Positions 20,818-30,570 of a stretch of 64,000 nucleotides of DNA are shown here, one piece after another. The DNA comes from an uncultured Syntrophaceae bacterium (GTDB taxonomy: Bacteria > Desulfobacterota > Syntrophia > Syntrophales > UBA2192): NCBI GenBank assembly GCA_964585095.1, contig CAZPCN010000012.1, positions 3,430-67,429 of the forward strand, given 5' to 3'. Made by a program: the position numbers and the translations under genes. The number at the start of each line of letters is the position of its first letter. Within the stretch, counting starts at the first letter, position 1. The notes below the pieces were generated by a model. The model did not search any database, was not told the DNA's origin, and saw only the letters and a program-made list of their open reading frames with translations.

Positions 20818-20913
20818 TCTCTCCCGTCTGTCCGGTCTCTCCGGTCCGGATAAGAGTTTTCTTTGTACATTCTGACTGGATGGACGGGACAGACTGAATA
20901 GACTGGATAGACG
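20818..20913. repeat. 9-mer tandem inverted arrays between convergent genes
   Basis: TCTCCCGTC/TGTCCGGTC/TCTCCGGTC facing GACTGGATG/GACGGGACA/GACTGAATA/GACTGGATA. Confidence 0.7.
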
Positions 20914-20916
20914 TCT

Positions 20917-22059
20917 TCAGCGGACGTAGATGGGGTTCGAGAAGATCCAGGGCCGGTATTTGAAGGCTTTCCACAGGTAGACTTCGACGCGGTAGAGCCC
21001 GGGCTCGTCGATCCCGCAGGTCAATTCCCTCCCCACGGTTTCCCGGAAAAGCTCTCCGTTTTTCATCAGGCGGATCTTCCCCTTCTGGGGGAGTTCGATC
21101 TGCACGATGGCCATGTCGTCGAGAAGGAATTCATCCCCCATGGTGGCCGCTTCCGACTCGTCCATGATGACGAATGAAAAGCCCCGGGCCTTCTCGAAAT
21201 ACTCGAAGGCCACATAGGCCCTTCCGCGCCCCAGGGCGGTGAGGATGATCCCCCGGTCCAGCTCGTCGTCACCGAGAAACGCCGCCTCCGTAAGGATGTG
21301 GGTCCGGATGAACCGGAAGGCCTTGCTGAACGGGAAAATGTAGAATTCGAAGCCGAACATCTCCCTGACGGTTTCGTGATTGTCGAGCTCGCCGATCCCG
21401 ACGATTTTTCGGGTCCGGTTCAATTCGTCCCAGCGCATGAGCGTTTCTTTTTTCGGCCCTTTGAGCATGTAAGCCGGAAAATAGTAGCTCAGAAGGGCGC
21501 TTGCATAGCCCCTCAGCTGGCTCTGCCAATCGGTCATGAAGTCCCAGATGCCGATCCCCGTGTAGCCCGAGACGGTCCAGTCGTTCCAGTTGAATGGTTT
21601 CACGTGAAACCTTGGCGCCCCCTCATGGTCGGGATGGGCGATAAAGCCGAGGCCTCCCTTGCTTCGCACCCAGTCGATGTAGAACTGCGGGGAGATGTCC
21701 AGTTCGTCCTCGTAGGGGAATACCCAGGCCAGATCGCAGGTGATGAGGGGCTCGTCGATCCCGAAAGCGAGGTAATGATTGTAGCGGGGCGTCACTTCGA
21801 TGCCGATGAAGAGGTGGACGCCGTCGTAGGAACGCTCGTGGCCGTCGTGCTTGGCCTGGAGCCAGTTGTGGTCCGTGAGCATCACGAAGTCGATGTCGTT
21901 GGCACGGGCCGATTCCACGATCTCCTGGATCGATGCGCGCCCGTCATGGGAGTAGTCGGAATGCAGGTGGATGACGCCGGCGTAGTCGTTGAGCTTCAGG
22001 ACGAAGGTGCGGCGGTCTTCCTTGAGCCTCTCTTTGAGGATTTCTTCCCGGACGAACAC
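20917..22059 (-). CDS. PHP-domain metallo-phosphoesterase-like protein
   Basis: GVIHLHSDYSHDG, FVMLTDH, GIEV, FIAHPDH, GELDNH; GTG start after GGGGAG. Confidence 0.85.
   Translation of the reverse strand: MFVREEILKERLKEDRRTFVLKLNDYAGVIHLHSDYSHDGRASIQEIVESARANDIDFVMLTDHNWLQAKHDGHERSYDGVHLFIGIEVTPRYNHYLAFGIDEPLITCDLAWVFPYEDELDISPQFYIDWVRSKGGLGFIAHPDHEGAPRFHVKPFNWNDWTVSGYTGIGIWDFMTDWQSQLRGYASALLSYYFPAYMLKGPKKETLMRWDELNRTRKIVGIGELDNHETVREMFGFEFYIFPFSKAFRFIRTHILTEAAFLGDDELDRGIILTALGRGRAYVAFEYFEKARGFSFVIMDESEAATMGDEFLLDDMAIVQIELPQKGKIRLMKNGELFRETVGRELTCGIDEPGLYRVEVYLWKAFKYRPWIFSNPIYVR
21596..21611. promoter_or_regulatory. parS centromere-like site inside the PHP gene
   Basis: Perfect 16-bp palindrome GGTTTCACGTGAAACC; the 14-bp core is identical to the parS consensus TGTTTCACGTGAAACA; parAB is in the window. 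Confidence 0.8.
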
Positions 22060-22754
22060 GGCTGTCTCCCCGTCGCCTCACGCACGCTCCGTCTGCCCGG
22101 AGAGTTCCTGCCGGGCATCTCCCGCAGCGGGCACTGGCCGCAGTGAGGCTTCTTGCGGCAAAACCTCTTCCCCGTCTCGACGATGAGGGCGTGGTACTGG
22201 TTGTAAAGGCCCGCATCGGCCGGCAACACGTCCATGAAGAGCCGCTGGACATCCCCGTAGGACGGCCTTCCCCCGAGAATCCCGTGCCTTTCGAGGATTC
22301 GCCGGGTGTAGGCGTCGACCACGAAGAGGGGCCTTCCGCCGGCATAGAGCAGGATGCTGTCTGCCGTCTCCTCTCCGATCCCCGAAATGGCCAAAAGCCT
22401 CCGCCGCGATTCGAGGAGATCCCCGGAAAGCATCGCGGCCAGATCGCCCCCGAAGTCCTCGCACAGCGTCGAGAGAAAGGCTTTCAGCCGCTTTGCCTTG
22501 ACCCGGTAGAATCCCGACGGACGAACCAGTTCCTCCAGGTCTCCGTTATCGAGGCCGAACAGGGCGAACGGTTCCATGGCTCCCCGCGCCTTGATCCGCC
22601 CGATGGCTTTCTCCACGTTCGCCCAGTTCGTGTTCTGCGTCAGGATCGCCCCTACGGCGACCTCGAAGGGCGTGTCCCCCGGCCACCAGTGAAGCGGACC
22701 GAAGGTCCGGTTCAGTGTCCGGTACATGCAGATCAGAGGATCCTTCGTATTCAA
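21996..22754 (-). CDS. HhH-GPD endonuclease III-like DNA glycosylase (3' end uncertain)
   Basis: HWWPGDTPFEVAVGAILTQNTNW, LAISGIGEETADSILLY, FVVDAYTRR, CRKKPHCGQCPL. Confidence 0.85.
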   Translation of the reverse strand: MNTKDPLICMYRTLNRTFGPLHWWPGDTPFEVAVGAILTQNTNWANVEKAIGRIKARGAMEPFALFGLDNGDLEELVRPSGFYRVKAKRLKAFLSTLCEDFGGDLAAMLSGDLLESRRRLLAISGIGEETADSILLYAGGRPLFVVDAYTRRILERHGILGGRPSYGDVQRLFMDVLPADAGLYNQYHALIVETGKRFCRKKPHCGQCPLREMPGRNSPGRRSVREATGRQPCSSGKKSSKRGSRKTAAPSS

Positions 22755-22777
22755 CGGCTTGCCAGCGGGTTCGTTCC

Positions 22778-24313
22778 CTATTCCTTTCGGATGGCCACGT
22801 AGTAGGTCCCCTTGCCCCGGCGGATCAGAAGGAGGACCCGGTCATCGCCCGTTTTCTTGGAGATTTCCCTCTGGAAGTCCTTCACGGCGCCCACCTTGAC
22901 CCGGTTGACCTGCAGGATCACGTCGTAGGGCTGCAACCCGCCCTCGTCGGCCGCGCTTCCCTCGCGCACCCGCGTTACGATGACGCCCCCCGCAGAGGGC
23001 AACCCGAGCTGCTTGGCGATCTCGGGCGTGATGTCCTGGACGGACATCCCGTAGGTGTCTTTGCTCTCCCCGCGGCCGGAGGCCATCTCCTTCTTGTCCT
23101 CCCGCTCGGCCACCGTGAGTTGCAGCTCCTTCACCTGGCCCTCCCGCAGAACCTTCACCGTCGCTTTCTTGCCGACGGACAGGACGGCCACGAACCGCAG
23201 CAGCTCGTGGGTGTCCTTGACTTTCTTGCCGTCCACCTCGATGATGATATCCCCTTGCTTGATCCCGGCCTTGTCCGCCGGATCGCCTTCGAAGACCTCC
23301 GTCACCAGGGCCCCGTTCCGGTCCTTGAGCTTCAGGCTCTTCGCCAGGTCCTCCGTGATGTCCTGCACGGAAACGCCGAGCCAACCCCGGGTGACCTTTC
23401 CCTTCGCCTTGAGATCCTCGAGGATCTCCTTGGCCATGTTGACGGGGATGGCAAACCCGATCCCCTGCCCCTGGGCCACGATGGCCGTGTTGATCCCCAC
23501 GACCTCGCCGGCCATGTTGAACAGAGGGCCGCCGCTGTTGCCCGGGTTAATGGAGGCATCGGTCTGGATGAAGTTGTCGTAAGGGCCCGCCCCGATGACG
23601 CGGCCCTTCGCACTCACGATCCCCGCGGTCACCGTGTGGTCGAGCCCGAAGGGGTTGCCGATGGCCATGACCCAGTCACCCACCCGCAGCCTCTCCGAAT
23701 CGCCCAGATTGACCGTCGGGAGGCTGTTGTCGGGGTTGATCTTGATGAGGGCGAGGTCCGTTCGCGGGTCCCTCCCCTTCACGGTGGCGTCGTATTCCTT
23801 GCCCGTCGAAAGACGCACCTTGATCTTGTCCGCCCGTTCGACGACGTGATTGTTCGTGAAGATGTAACCGTCCTTGCTGATGATGAACCCCGAGCCGAGG
23901 CTGCGCTGGCGGAACTCCTTCTCCGGGTTGTCCCCGAAGAACCGCTTGTAGAACTCGTCCTCACCGCCGAAGAATCGGTCGAAGGGGAACATTTCGTTGA
24001 ACGGCGTACGTTTTCCATCCATCTTCACGACTTTGGTGGTGCTGATGTTCACAACGGCAGGGCTGAGCTTCTCCACGAGATCGGCAAGGGATCCCGGCGC
24101 GCCGGATCCTCCGATCATGGAGGGAAACACCGTCCTCTGCGCGGCCGCAGGCGTTGCCGGCGCCCCCGCGCCGTCAGCCCCCGCATAGGATGAGCGCAGT
24201 CCCGGGGCCAGGGAAAACCGCAACACCCCGATCACCGATAGGATGAAAAGCCCCACCAGGCAGACGACGAGGATCACGAAAAAATGCTTCCTCTCGTTCG
24301 CTCCGTCACTCAT
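22778..24313 (-). CDS. degQ: Do/DegQ (HtrA) serine protease with two PDZ domains
   Basis: PAVVNI, SLGSGFII, TNNHVV, TDLALIK, IQTDASINPGNSGGPL, RGWLGV. Confidence 0.93.
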   Translation of the reverse strand: MSDGANERKHFFVILVVCLVGLFILSVIGVLRFSLAPGLRSSYAGADGAGAPATPAAAQRTVFPSMIGGSGAPGSLADLVEKLSPAVVNISTTKVVKMDGKRTPFNEMFPFDRFFGGEDEFYKRFFGDNPEKEFRQRSLGSGFIISKDGYIFTNNHVVERADKIKVRLSTGKEYDATVKGRDPRTDLALIKINPDNSLPTVNLGDSERLRVGDWVMAIGNPFGLDHTVTAGIVSAKGRVIGAGPYDNFIQTDASINPGNSGGPLFNMAGEVVGINTAIVAQGQGIGFAIPVNMAKEILEDLKAKGKVTRGWLGVSVQDITEDLAKSLKLKDRNGALVTEVFEGDPADKAGIKQGDIIIEVDGKKVKDTHELLRFVAVLSVGKKATVKVLREGQVKELQLTVAEREDKKEMASGRGESKDTYGMSVQDITPEIAKQLGLPSAGGVIVTRVREGSAADEGGLQPYDVILQVNRVKVGAVKDFQREISKKTGDDRVLLLIRRGKGTYYVAIRKE

Positions 24314-24499
24314 CTCGACCTCCTGTTGATGCCGACTGTCTCGCCCCCCTGGGGCTCGCCTGTCGTTCTCCTCGAATTCACAATGAAAAAATGGGGGTTA
24401 TCGTTCGAACACCCCCGGTTGTTCATAACACAGGGCGCACCGATTTTCCAGATGTTCATGCATCGCGGGGCACCCTGTTGCCCGGTGAAACCGGCCTGC

Positions 24500-25306
24500 C
24501 TACGGCTCCCGTTCGACGGGGTTGGTCAGCTCTCCCAGCCTCTCGATGTCGATCGTGATGACATCGCCGTGCCTGAGAAACACGGGGGGCTTGCGGACAA
24601 AGCCCACACCTTCCGGGGTTCCTGTCATGATCACCGTCCCCGGCAGGAGGGTCATGGAGCGGCTCAGATCGCTCACGATCTCCGCTACGCTGAAGAGCAT
24701 GTCCGACGTGTTCGAATCCTGCATCACCTTGCCGTTGAGAATGGAGCGGATCCGCAGGCTGTTCGGGTCCGGAATCTCGTCCTTTGTCACGAGCCAGGGC
24801 CCCAGCGGACAGAACGTGTCGAAGCTCTTGCCCCGGGCCCACTGCTGCTTCTGTTTCCGCATCTGCCAGTCCCTGGCGCTGACATCGTTGCCGCAGGTGT
24901 AGCCCAGAACAAACTCCATGGCCCTTTCCGGGGAAACGTTTCTCGCCCGCTTCCCGATGACAACGGCAAGCTCGGCCTCGTAATCCACCTCGTCGGGGCC
25001 CGCCTTGGGAAGCAGGATCGTCTCCCCCGGACCCAGAAGGCTGTTCGTCCCTTTGATGAACAGCACAGGGCTTTCCGGCGCCCGGCTCTCCGTTTCCCCG
25101 GCGTGCCTGCCATAGCTGAACCCCAGGGCAAGAATGTTCGGCGGATTCACCGGTGGCAGGATCTTCTTCACGGCGGCATTCCGCCCCGTCAGGCTGAAAC
25201 TCCCCAGGATATCTCCCTCGATGACGCGGGCCCTCCCCGGTTCCGCCCCGTTGTACGCCCCGTAGAGCTGCTCGTTCTTGTCCGTCATAAAGTGGATGAT
25301 CTTCAT
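24500..25306 (-). CDS. Fumarylacetoacetate hydrolase family protein
   Basis: PVLFIK, VDYEAELAVVIGK, GYTCGNDVSARDWQ, GKSFDTFCPLGP, TGTPEGVG. Confidence 0.93.
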   Translation of the reverse strand: MKIIHFMTDKNEQLYGAYNGAEPGRARVIEGDILGSFSLTGRNAAVKKILPPVNPPNILALGFSYGRHAGETESRAPESPVLFIKGTNSLLGPGETILLPKAGPDEVDYEAELAVVIGKRARNVSPERAMEFVLGYTCGNDVSARDWQMRKQKQQWARGKSFDTFCPLGPWLVTKDEIPDPNSLRIRSILNGKVMQDSNTSDMLFSVAEIVSDLSRSMTLLPGTVIMTGTPEGVGFVRKPPVFLRHGDVITIDIERLGELTNPVEREP

Positions 25307-25892
25307 CGGTTCCTCCTTTTTTAGCGTCCGCACGCGCAACCGGCCTTCCCGGCCTGAAAGATGCTCCAGCCTTCCGGACGGGGACCTGCCTGTTGTTTTA
25401 TATCACAGTTCGCCACGCCGAAAAACGGAAGAAAACAGGTCTGCCTCATGGCACCCTTTCGCAGAGATCGCCAGAGGGATCGTCAAATAGTGGATATTAA
25501 TTATACGCCCCGTTCAGCTATTTGGATAAATAGTATCCTTACTGACGGGGGCCGATGCGACCCGCCGGCCCGCGAATTAATACATTAACCATTGATATCG
25601 ATCAGTTACGCGGCGGTTCCCCTGCGGCACGCATTATGCTTTTACTCTTGCCGTTTTGGGCCGAGCGGCAGGCAATGAAAATCTGCTTGCGAAGAGGGCA
25701 CGAAACTACATACAGTAGCAACGTTATCGCCATTCCGAGGGGTCGCAACTCCCCTGAGCGCCCCCCGGTTGAGCCGCCCCGCCCCAGGGCCGGCATTTTC
25801 GGCAAGGAACGAACCAAACCGGCATTCGCGTCCTGACCGTCACCCTGCCGGCAGGGCCCGCATGACGCGACCACGGCTTTCGAGGTAACATT

Positions 25893-27230
25893 ATGTTCTG
25901 CCGCAGGCTGGTTGAAAAGATTTTTTTCTCCCTGTCGCTCGGTCTGATCCAGCTGATCGTGACGGCTCCGGTACCCTCCCCGGCACTCACGCTGGAGGAA
26001 GCTCTCGCCCTGGCCAAATCGAACCTTCCCGCCTACCAGGCACAGGCTGCACGGGTTCAGTCCTCGGAGGCTCTCTACAAGGCCTCCCTCGGGGCATACG
26101 TTCCCAGCGTGGACGCTTCCGGAATCGCGTCCCGGCGCGATATCGCGGGCTACGACTCGTCGACCAACAGCGCCGACGTGACCGCCTCGCTGAGGCTTTT
26201 CGACTACAAGCGCGGCCACACCCGCGACATCTCCCGCTACAATTTCAACGCCGAGCAGGAAGGCCTCCGCAGGAGCCTGCTGGACCTCGAGTTCAGCGTG
26301 AAGTCGTCGTTCTACACGACCGTGGCGACCCGGGGCATCCTCGCGCAGCGGAAAATCCAGCTCGAGAACGCCCAGAAAAACTACGAGGTCGCCGAAGGGC
26401 GCAGAACGTTCGGCGTGGCGAAACTCTCCGACGTCCTGCAGGTGTCCGTGCGCCTCGAGCAGGCCCGCTTCAACCTCGTCCAGGCCGAAGGCAGCCTCCA
26501 GAAGAGTCTCTCCGAGCTGAGCTCCCTGATCGGCGCGCCGGTATCCGACGCCGCCGAGCTCCAGGGGGCCCTGACCTTCGACCTCGCCCTGCCCGACGAA
26601 AAGCGCCTGGAAGAGGCCCTGCTGAGACGGCCCGAAATCCTCCAGGCCGAACTCGCCGTCAAGCGCGCGGAAAGCGCAGAGGGAATCTCGACGGGCGACT
26701 TCCTGCCGGTTGTGTCGGGCAACCTGACCTACTCCCGGACAGACACCAGCAACCCCGCATCGACATCCGCGTCTATCTACGGCAACCCCTACGAAGACCG
26801 CTCGGCATCGTTGCTGGCCACCTGGAACCTCTTCGAGCTCGGGAAGTTCTACCGGAGGAAGGCCGCCTCGATCGACACCCTGACGGCGGCCAAATCGCTC
26901 AAGGAAACGGAGCGCTCGCTGCGTCTCGAACTCCGAAAGAGCTACGAGGATTTCATCACCGCGTCGCGCAACGTGAAAGTCGCCGACGAGCAGCTCAAGC
27001 AGGCCCTGCAGAATTACGACCAGGCCTTCGGCGAATACAAGGTCGGCAAGGGGGACATCCTCTCCGTCGTGTTTGCCGAAACCCTGCTGGCCCAGGCACG
27101 CGAACAGGACGTCCAGGCGAAGCTCAACCTGTACCTGGCAAAGGCTCTCCTCGAGAGGGTCTCCGGCATCGAACGGCTTGAAGCCCTGCAGGAGACCCCG
27201 GCACAACCCCTGGACACCAGGACCCGCTAG
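25893..27230 (+). CDS. TolC-family outer membrane efflux protein
   Basis: Signal peptide, LTLEEALALA, two OEP-like repeats, RPEILQAE, YKVGKGDILSV. Confidence 0.88.
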   Translation: MFCRRLVEKIFFSLSLGLIQLIVTAPVPSPALTLEEALALAKSNLPAYQAQAARVQSSEALYKASLGAYVPSVDASGIASRRDIAGYDSSTNSADVTASLRLFDYKRGHTRDISRYNFNAEQEGLRRSLLDLEFSVKSSFYTTVATRGILAQRKIQLENAQKNYEVAEGRRTFGVAKLSDVLQVSVRLEQARFNLVQAEGSLQKSLSELSSLIGAPVSDAAELQGALTFDLALPDEKRLEEALLRRPEILQAELAVKRAESAEGISTGDFLPVVSGNLTYSRTDTSNPASTSASIYGNPYEDRSASLLATWNLFELGKFYRRKAASIDTLTAAKSLKETERSLRLELRKSYEDFITASRNVKVADEQLKQALQNYDQAFGEYKVGKGDILSVVFAETLLAQAREQDVQAKLNLYLAKALLERVSGIERLEALQETPAQPLDTRTR

Positions 27231-27264
27231 GTCCTGAAAAACATCAGAACGGACGCATCCGACC

Positions 27265-28512
27265 ATGAACCTCTCCTCGCTCAAAGCGCTTCCGATGAAG
27301 AAAAAAATCGCTTTCGCCGCGGCAGCCGTCCTCATCGTCCTGCTGGCGGTATTCCTTCTCTACCGGGTCTTTTTCGCCAAGCCGGCCCTGCAGGTTCTCG
27401 AGACGGGAAAGATCGAGAAAGGAAGCATCCGCGGGGTCCTCGTGGAGACGGGCATCATCAAGTCCCAGGTCGGGGCCGTCGTCAAGATCGGCGCCCAGAC
27501 GACGGGCCGGATCCAGAAGATGAAGGTCAAGGTGGGAGACCGTGTCAAGGCGGGCGAGCTGATCGCCCTGGTGGACGACCGCGAGATCCGGCAGCAGATC
27601 GGCCAGCAGCAGGCGGCGTTCGTGTCGGCGCAAAACACGCTCGCCCAGGTCGAGAAGACCTACCCCGAGAGGATTCGCGAGGCGCGCGCCAACTACGATT
27701 ACGCCAAGGTGAACGTGGAGCGCGAGCGCGAGCTGCTGAAACACGAGTACACGACGAAGGACTCCGTCGACAAGGCAGAGAGCCAGTTCACGGCGGCCGA
27801 AGCCGTCCTGAAACGTCTCCAGGACGAGTACAAGACGCAGCTCACCATTTCCAAATCCAACCTCGAGGAGATCCAGGCACGCCTGCGCCAGCAGGAAGTG
27901 CGGATGACCTACACGAAGATCTTCGCCCCCATCGACGGGGTCGTCTCCGACGTAACGGCCCAGGAGGGAGAAACCATCGTCGCGGGTCTCCAGGTGGCCA
28001 ACCTCGTGACCGTCCTCGACCCCTCGCGGCTCGAGATGTGGATCTACGTCGACGAGACCGACATCGGCAAGGCCGTCGTCGGGCAGGATGTGGAGTTCTA
28101 CGTCGACACCTTCCCGGCCAAGACCTTCAAGGGCAAGATCGAAAAGATCTACCCCCAGCCCGTCGTCAAGGAGAACATCGTGTATTACCTCTCCACGATG
28201 AAGATCTCCCCGGAAGACGCCGCCTTCCTCAAGCCCGAGATGACGACCCACGTGAGGATCATCACGGAGGAAAAGAAGGACATCCTCACGGCGCCCAACG
28301 CCGCGGTCAAGTTCGAGCGAGGCAGGCAGGTGGTCTACAAAGTCACGGGAAAGAACAAGGTCGAAAAGCTCAACGTCAAGATCGGGATCCGCGGCGAGGA
28401 CAAGACGGAGATCCTCTCCGGGGCAAACGATGGCGACGTCGTTGCCACGAAGATCATCCTGCCCGTCTCCACCGACGCCCAGCAGGCGCCGCAGAAGGGG
28501 GCGATGAAGTAA
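27265..28512 (+). CDS. MacA-like periplasmic adaptor subunit
   Basis: N-terminal TM, VKIGAQTTGRI, VKVGDRVKAG, IFAPIDGVV, VDETDIG. Confidence 0.92.
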   Translation: MNLSSLKALPMKKKIAFAAAAVLIVLLAVFLLYRVFFAKPALQVLETGKIEKGSIRGVLVETGIIKSQVGAVVKIGAQTTGRIQKMKVKVGDRVKAGELIALVDDREIRQQIGQQQAAFVSAQNTLAQVEKTYPERIREARANYDYAKVNVERERELLKHEYTTKDSVDKAESQFTAAEAVLKRLQDEYKTQLTISKSNLEEIQARLRQQEVRMTYTKIFAPIDGVVSDVTAQEGETIVAGLQVANLVTVLDPSRLEMWIYVDETDIGKAVVGQDVEFYVDTFPAKTFKGKIEKIYPQPVVKENIVYYLSTMKISPEDAAFLKPEMTTHVRIITEEKKDILTAPNAAVKFERGRQVVYKVTGKNKVEKLNVKIGIRGEDKTEILSGANDGDVVATKIILPVSTDAQQAPQKGAMK

Positions 28513-29186
28513 TGTCCACCCCCGTCTGCCTCATGGAAAACATCACCAAGAGCTTCCACGTGGGGGACCAGGATCTGCACGTCCTCAAGGGCGTCAACCT
28601 CCGGATCGAGCCGGGCGAATTCACGGCGATCATGGGCACCTCCGGTTCCGGCAAGTCCACCCTGATGAACCTCATGGGCTGCCTCGACGTGCCCACCTCG
28701 GGCCGATTTCTCCTCGCCGGCCGCGACGTGATGCAGCTCAACGACGACGAGCTCTCCGAGCTTCGCAACGAGCACATCGGGTTCGTCTTTCAGAGCTTCT
28801 ACCTTCTCCCCTACGCCACGGTCCTGGAGAACGTCCTGGTGCCGACGCTCTACCGCGAAAAAAAGAAGGACCACGTCCGCGAACGGGCCATGGAGCTGCT
28901 CAAGCTCGTCGGGCTCGAGGAGCGGATAAAATTCCGCCCCACTCAGCTCTCGGGCGGCGAGCAGCAGAGAGTGGCCATCTGCAGGGCCCTCATCAACGAC
29001 CCGGAGCTTCTGCTGGCCGACGAGCCCACGGGTCAGCTCGACAGCCGAACCGCCGAGGAGATCATGAGCGTTTTGACCCGCACCAACGAGCGCGGCAAGA
29101 CCGTCGTCGTCATCACCCACGACGCGGACATCGCCGCTTACGCCCGGCGGACCATCCACATCCGCGATGGGATCATCAAGGAATAG
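28512..29186 (+). CDS. MacB/LolD-type ABC transporter ATP-binding protein
   Basis: GTSGSGKSTL, LSGGEQQRVAI, LLADEPTGQLD, VITHD. Confidence 0.95.
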   Translation: MSTPVCLMENITKSFHVGDQDLHVLKGVNLRIEPGEFTAIMGTSGSGKSTLMNLMGCLDVPTSGRFLLAGRDVMQLNDDELSELRNEHIGFVFQSFYLLPYATVLENVLVPTLYREKKKDHVRERAMELLKLVGLEERIKFRPTQLSGGEQQRVAICRALINDPELLLADEPTGQLDSRTAEEIMSVLTRTNERGKTVVVITHDADIAAYARRTIHIRDGIIKE

Positions 29187-30401
29187 ATGGAACGGTTTTC
29201 CCTTCTGCTCATCCAGTCCTACGAAGCCGTCAAGGCCTTCAAGCTCAGGACCTTCTTCTGCCTCGTGAGCGTCGCCCTGGGGATCTCGGCCATCACGATC
29301 ATCGTCGCCGCCACGGAGGGCGCCTACAAGAAGGCCTTCGACATCGTCGCGAGCTTCGGCCCCGACTCCGTCATGCTCATGGGCGGAAGCGAGGAGTCCC
29401 GCGCCATCGGGCAGAGGGAAAAGACGATCACCCTGGAAGACGTGGAGGCCATTCGCCAGGCCTTCCCCACGGCCTATGTCGTCGCCCCCTCGTCGTGGGT
29501 GGGAAGCGCCACCGTCTCCTACAAGGGCAACCGCTACCAGAGCCAGATCGTGGGCTCCACGAGCGATTACAGCGTTGCCTGGACGTGGCCCGTCGTCGAG
29601 GGCTCAGACTTCACCGAGGACGACATCCGGCGCTCCGCCAACGTGGGGATCATCGGTCAGGAAACGGCCCGGGAACTCTTCGGCGATCAGAGCCCGGTGG
29701 GCAAGTTCGTCCAGATCCGCAACCTTCCCGTCCAGATCGTGGGCGTGCTCTCCGAACGAGGAACGTCGCCCGGGGGCGGCAGCCTCGACAACCGGATCAT
29801 CATGCCCTACACGACGGTAATGAAGAAGCTCATCAACGAGCAGCGCTACGTCCATGCCATGCGCCTGCGCTTCACCGACCTGGAAAACATCGACGGGCGT
29901 GTCGAGGAACTCAAGCGGCTTCTTCGCTACCGTCACCGGATCCCCGACGGCCAGCCCGACGACTTCAGGATCTTCACGTCCAAGGACATCGTCAAGTTCC
30001 TGGTGGCGCTGACGGGCTCCCTCGTGGTCTTTATCGGGGTCGTGGGCGTCATCTCCCTCGTCGTCGCAGGGTTCGTCCTGGCAAACCTGTTCCTGCTTTC
30101 CGTGAAGGAGCGGGTCAAGGAAATCGGGATCCGCCGCTCCGTGGGCGCCCGCAAGAAGGACATCCTGACGCAGTTTCTCACGGAGGCCGTGATGATCACG
30201 TCCGCCGGGGGCATCGTGGGGTTCGTCCTCGGCGTGATCTCGGCCCAGCTACTCACGTACGTGGCCGAATTTCCCGTGTACTTTTCCTGGAAGGCCTTCG
30301 TCATCGGTCTCGTTCTGTCCTGGGCCGTCGGGGTGGGATTCGGCCTTCACCCGGCACGGCAGGCGGCAAACCTGAAGCCGATCGAGGCGATACGGACCTA
30401 A
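29187..30401 (+). CDS. MacB/FtsX-type ABC permease
   Basis: N-terminal TM, large periplasmic domain, SVKERVKEIGIRRSVGA, QFLTEA. Confidence 0.93.
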   Translation: MERFSLLLIQSYEAVKAFKLRTFFCLVSVALGISAITIIVAATEGAYKKAFDIVASFGPDSVMLMGGSEESRAIGQREKTITLEDVEAIRQAFPTAYVVAPSSWVGSATVSYKGNRYQSQIVGSTSDYSVAWTWPVVEGSDFTEDDIRRSANVGIIGQETARELFGDQSPVGKFVQIRNLPVQIVGVLSERGTSPGGGSLDNRIIMPYTTVMKKLINEQRYVHAMRLRFTDLENIDGRVEELKRLLRYRHRIPDGQPDDFRIFTSKDIVKFLVALTGSLVVFIGVVGVISLVVAGFVLANLFLLSVKERVKEIGIRRSVGARKKDILTQFLTEAVMITSAGGIVGFVLGVISAQLLTYVAEFPVYFSWKAFVIGLVLSWAVGVGFGLHPARQAANLKPIEAIRT

Positions 30402-30411
30402 ACGCTAGAAC

Positions 30412-30509
30412 GTGAGAAGGTGAAAGGGTGAGAACGTTGGATAGGATCACTGCCGGTTTCCTGCTCCATGCTGCCCCACCCTTCTTACCCTCTCACCCTC
30501 TTACCCTCT
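30412..30509. repeat. Octamer inverted-repeat element
   Basis: GTGAGAA-GGTGAAAG-GGTGAGAA-CGTTGGAT ... CTTCTTACC-CTCTCACC-CTCTTACC. Confidence 0.75.
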
Positions 30510-30570
30510 GCGTGATGCGGCAATTCGTGTTCAGCTCCGGCTGCCCTGACAAGAATAAAGAGATGGCTCG

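Noticed and set aside
25690-25890. Possible riboswitch upstream of tolC (GGGCACGAAACTAC...)
   Set aside because: It lacks the GGCAAACC/GNRA/GCAAAGCC pattern or any other recognisable aptamer core.
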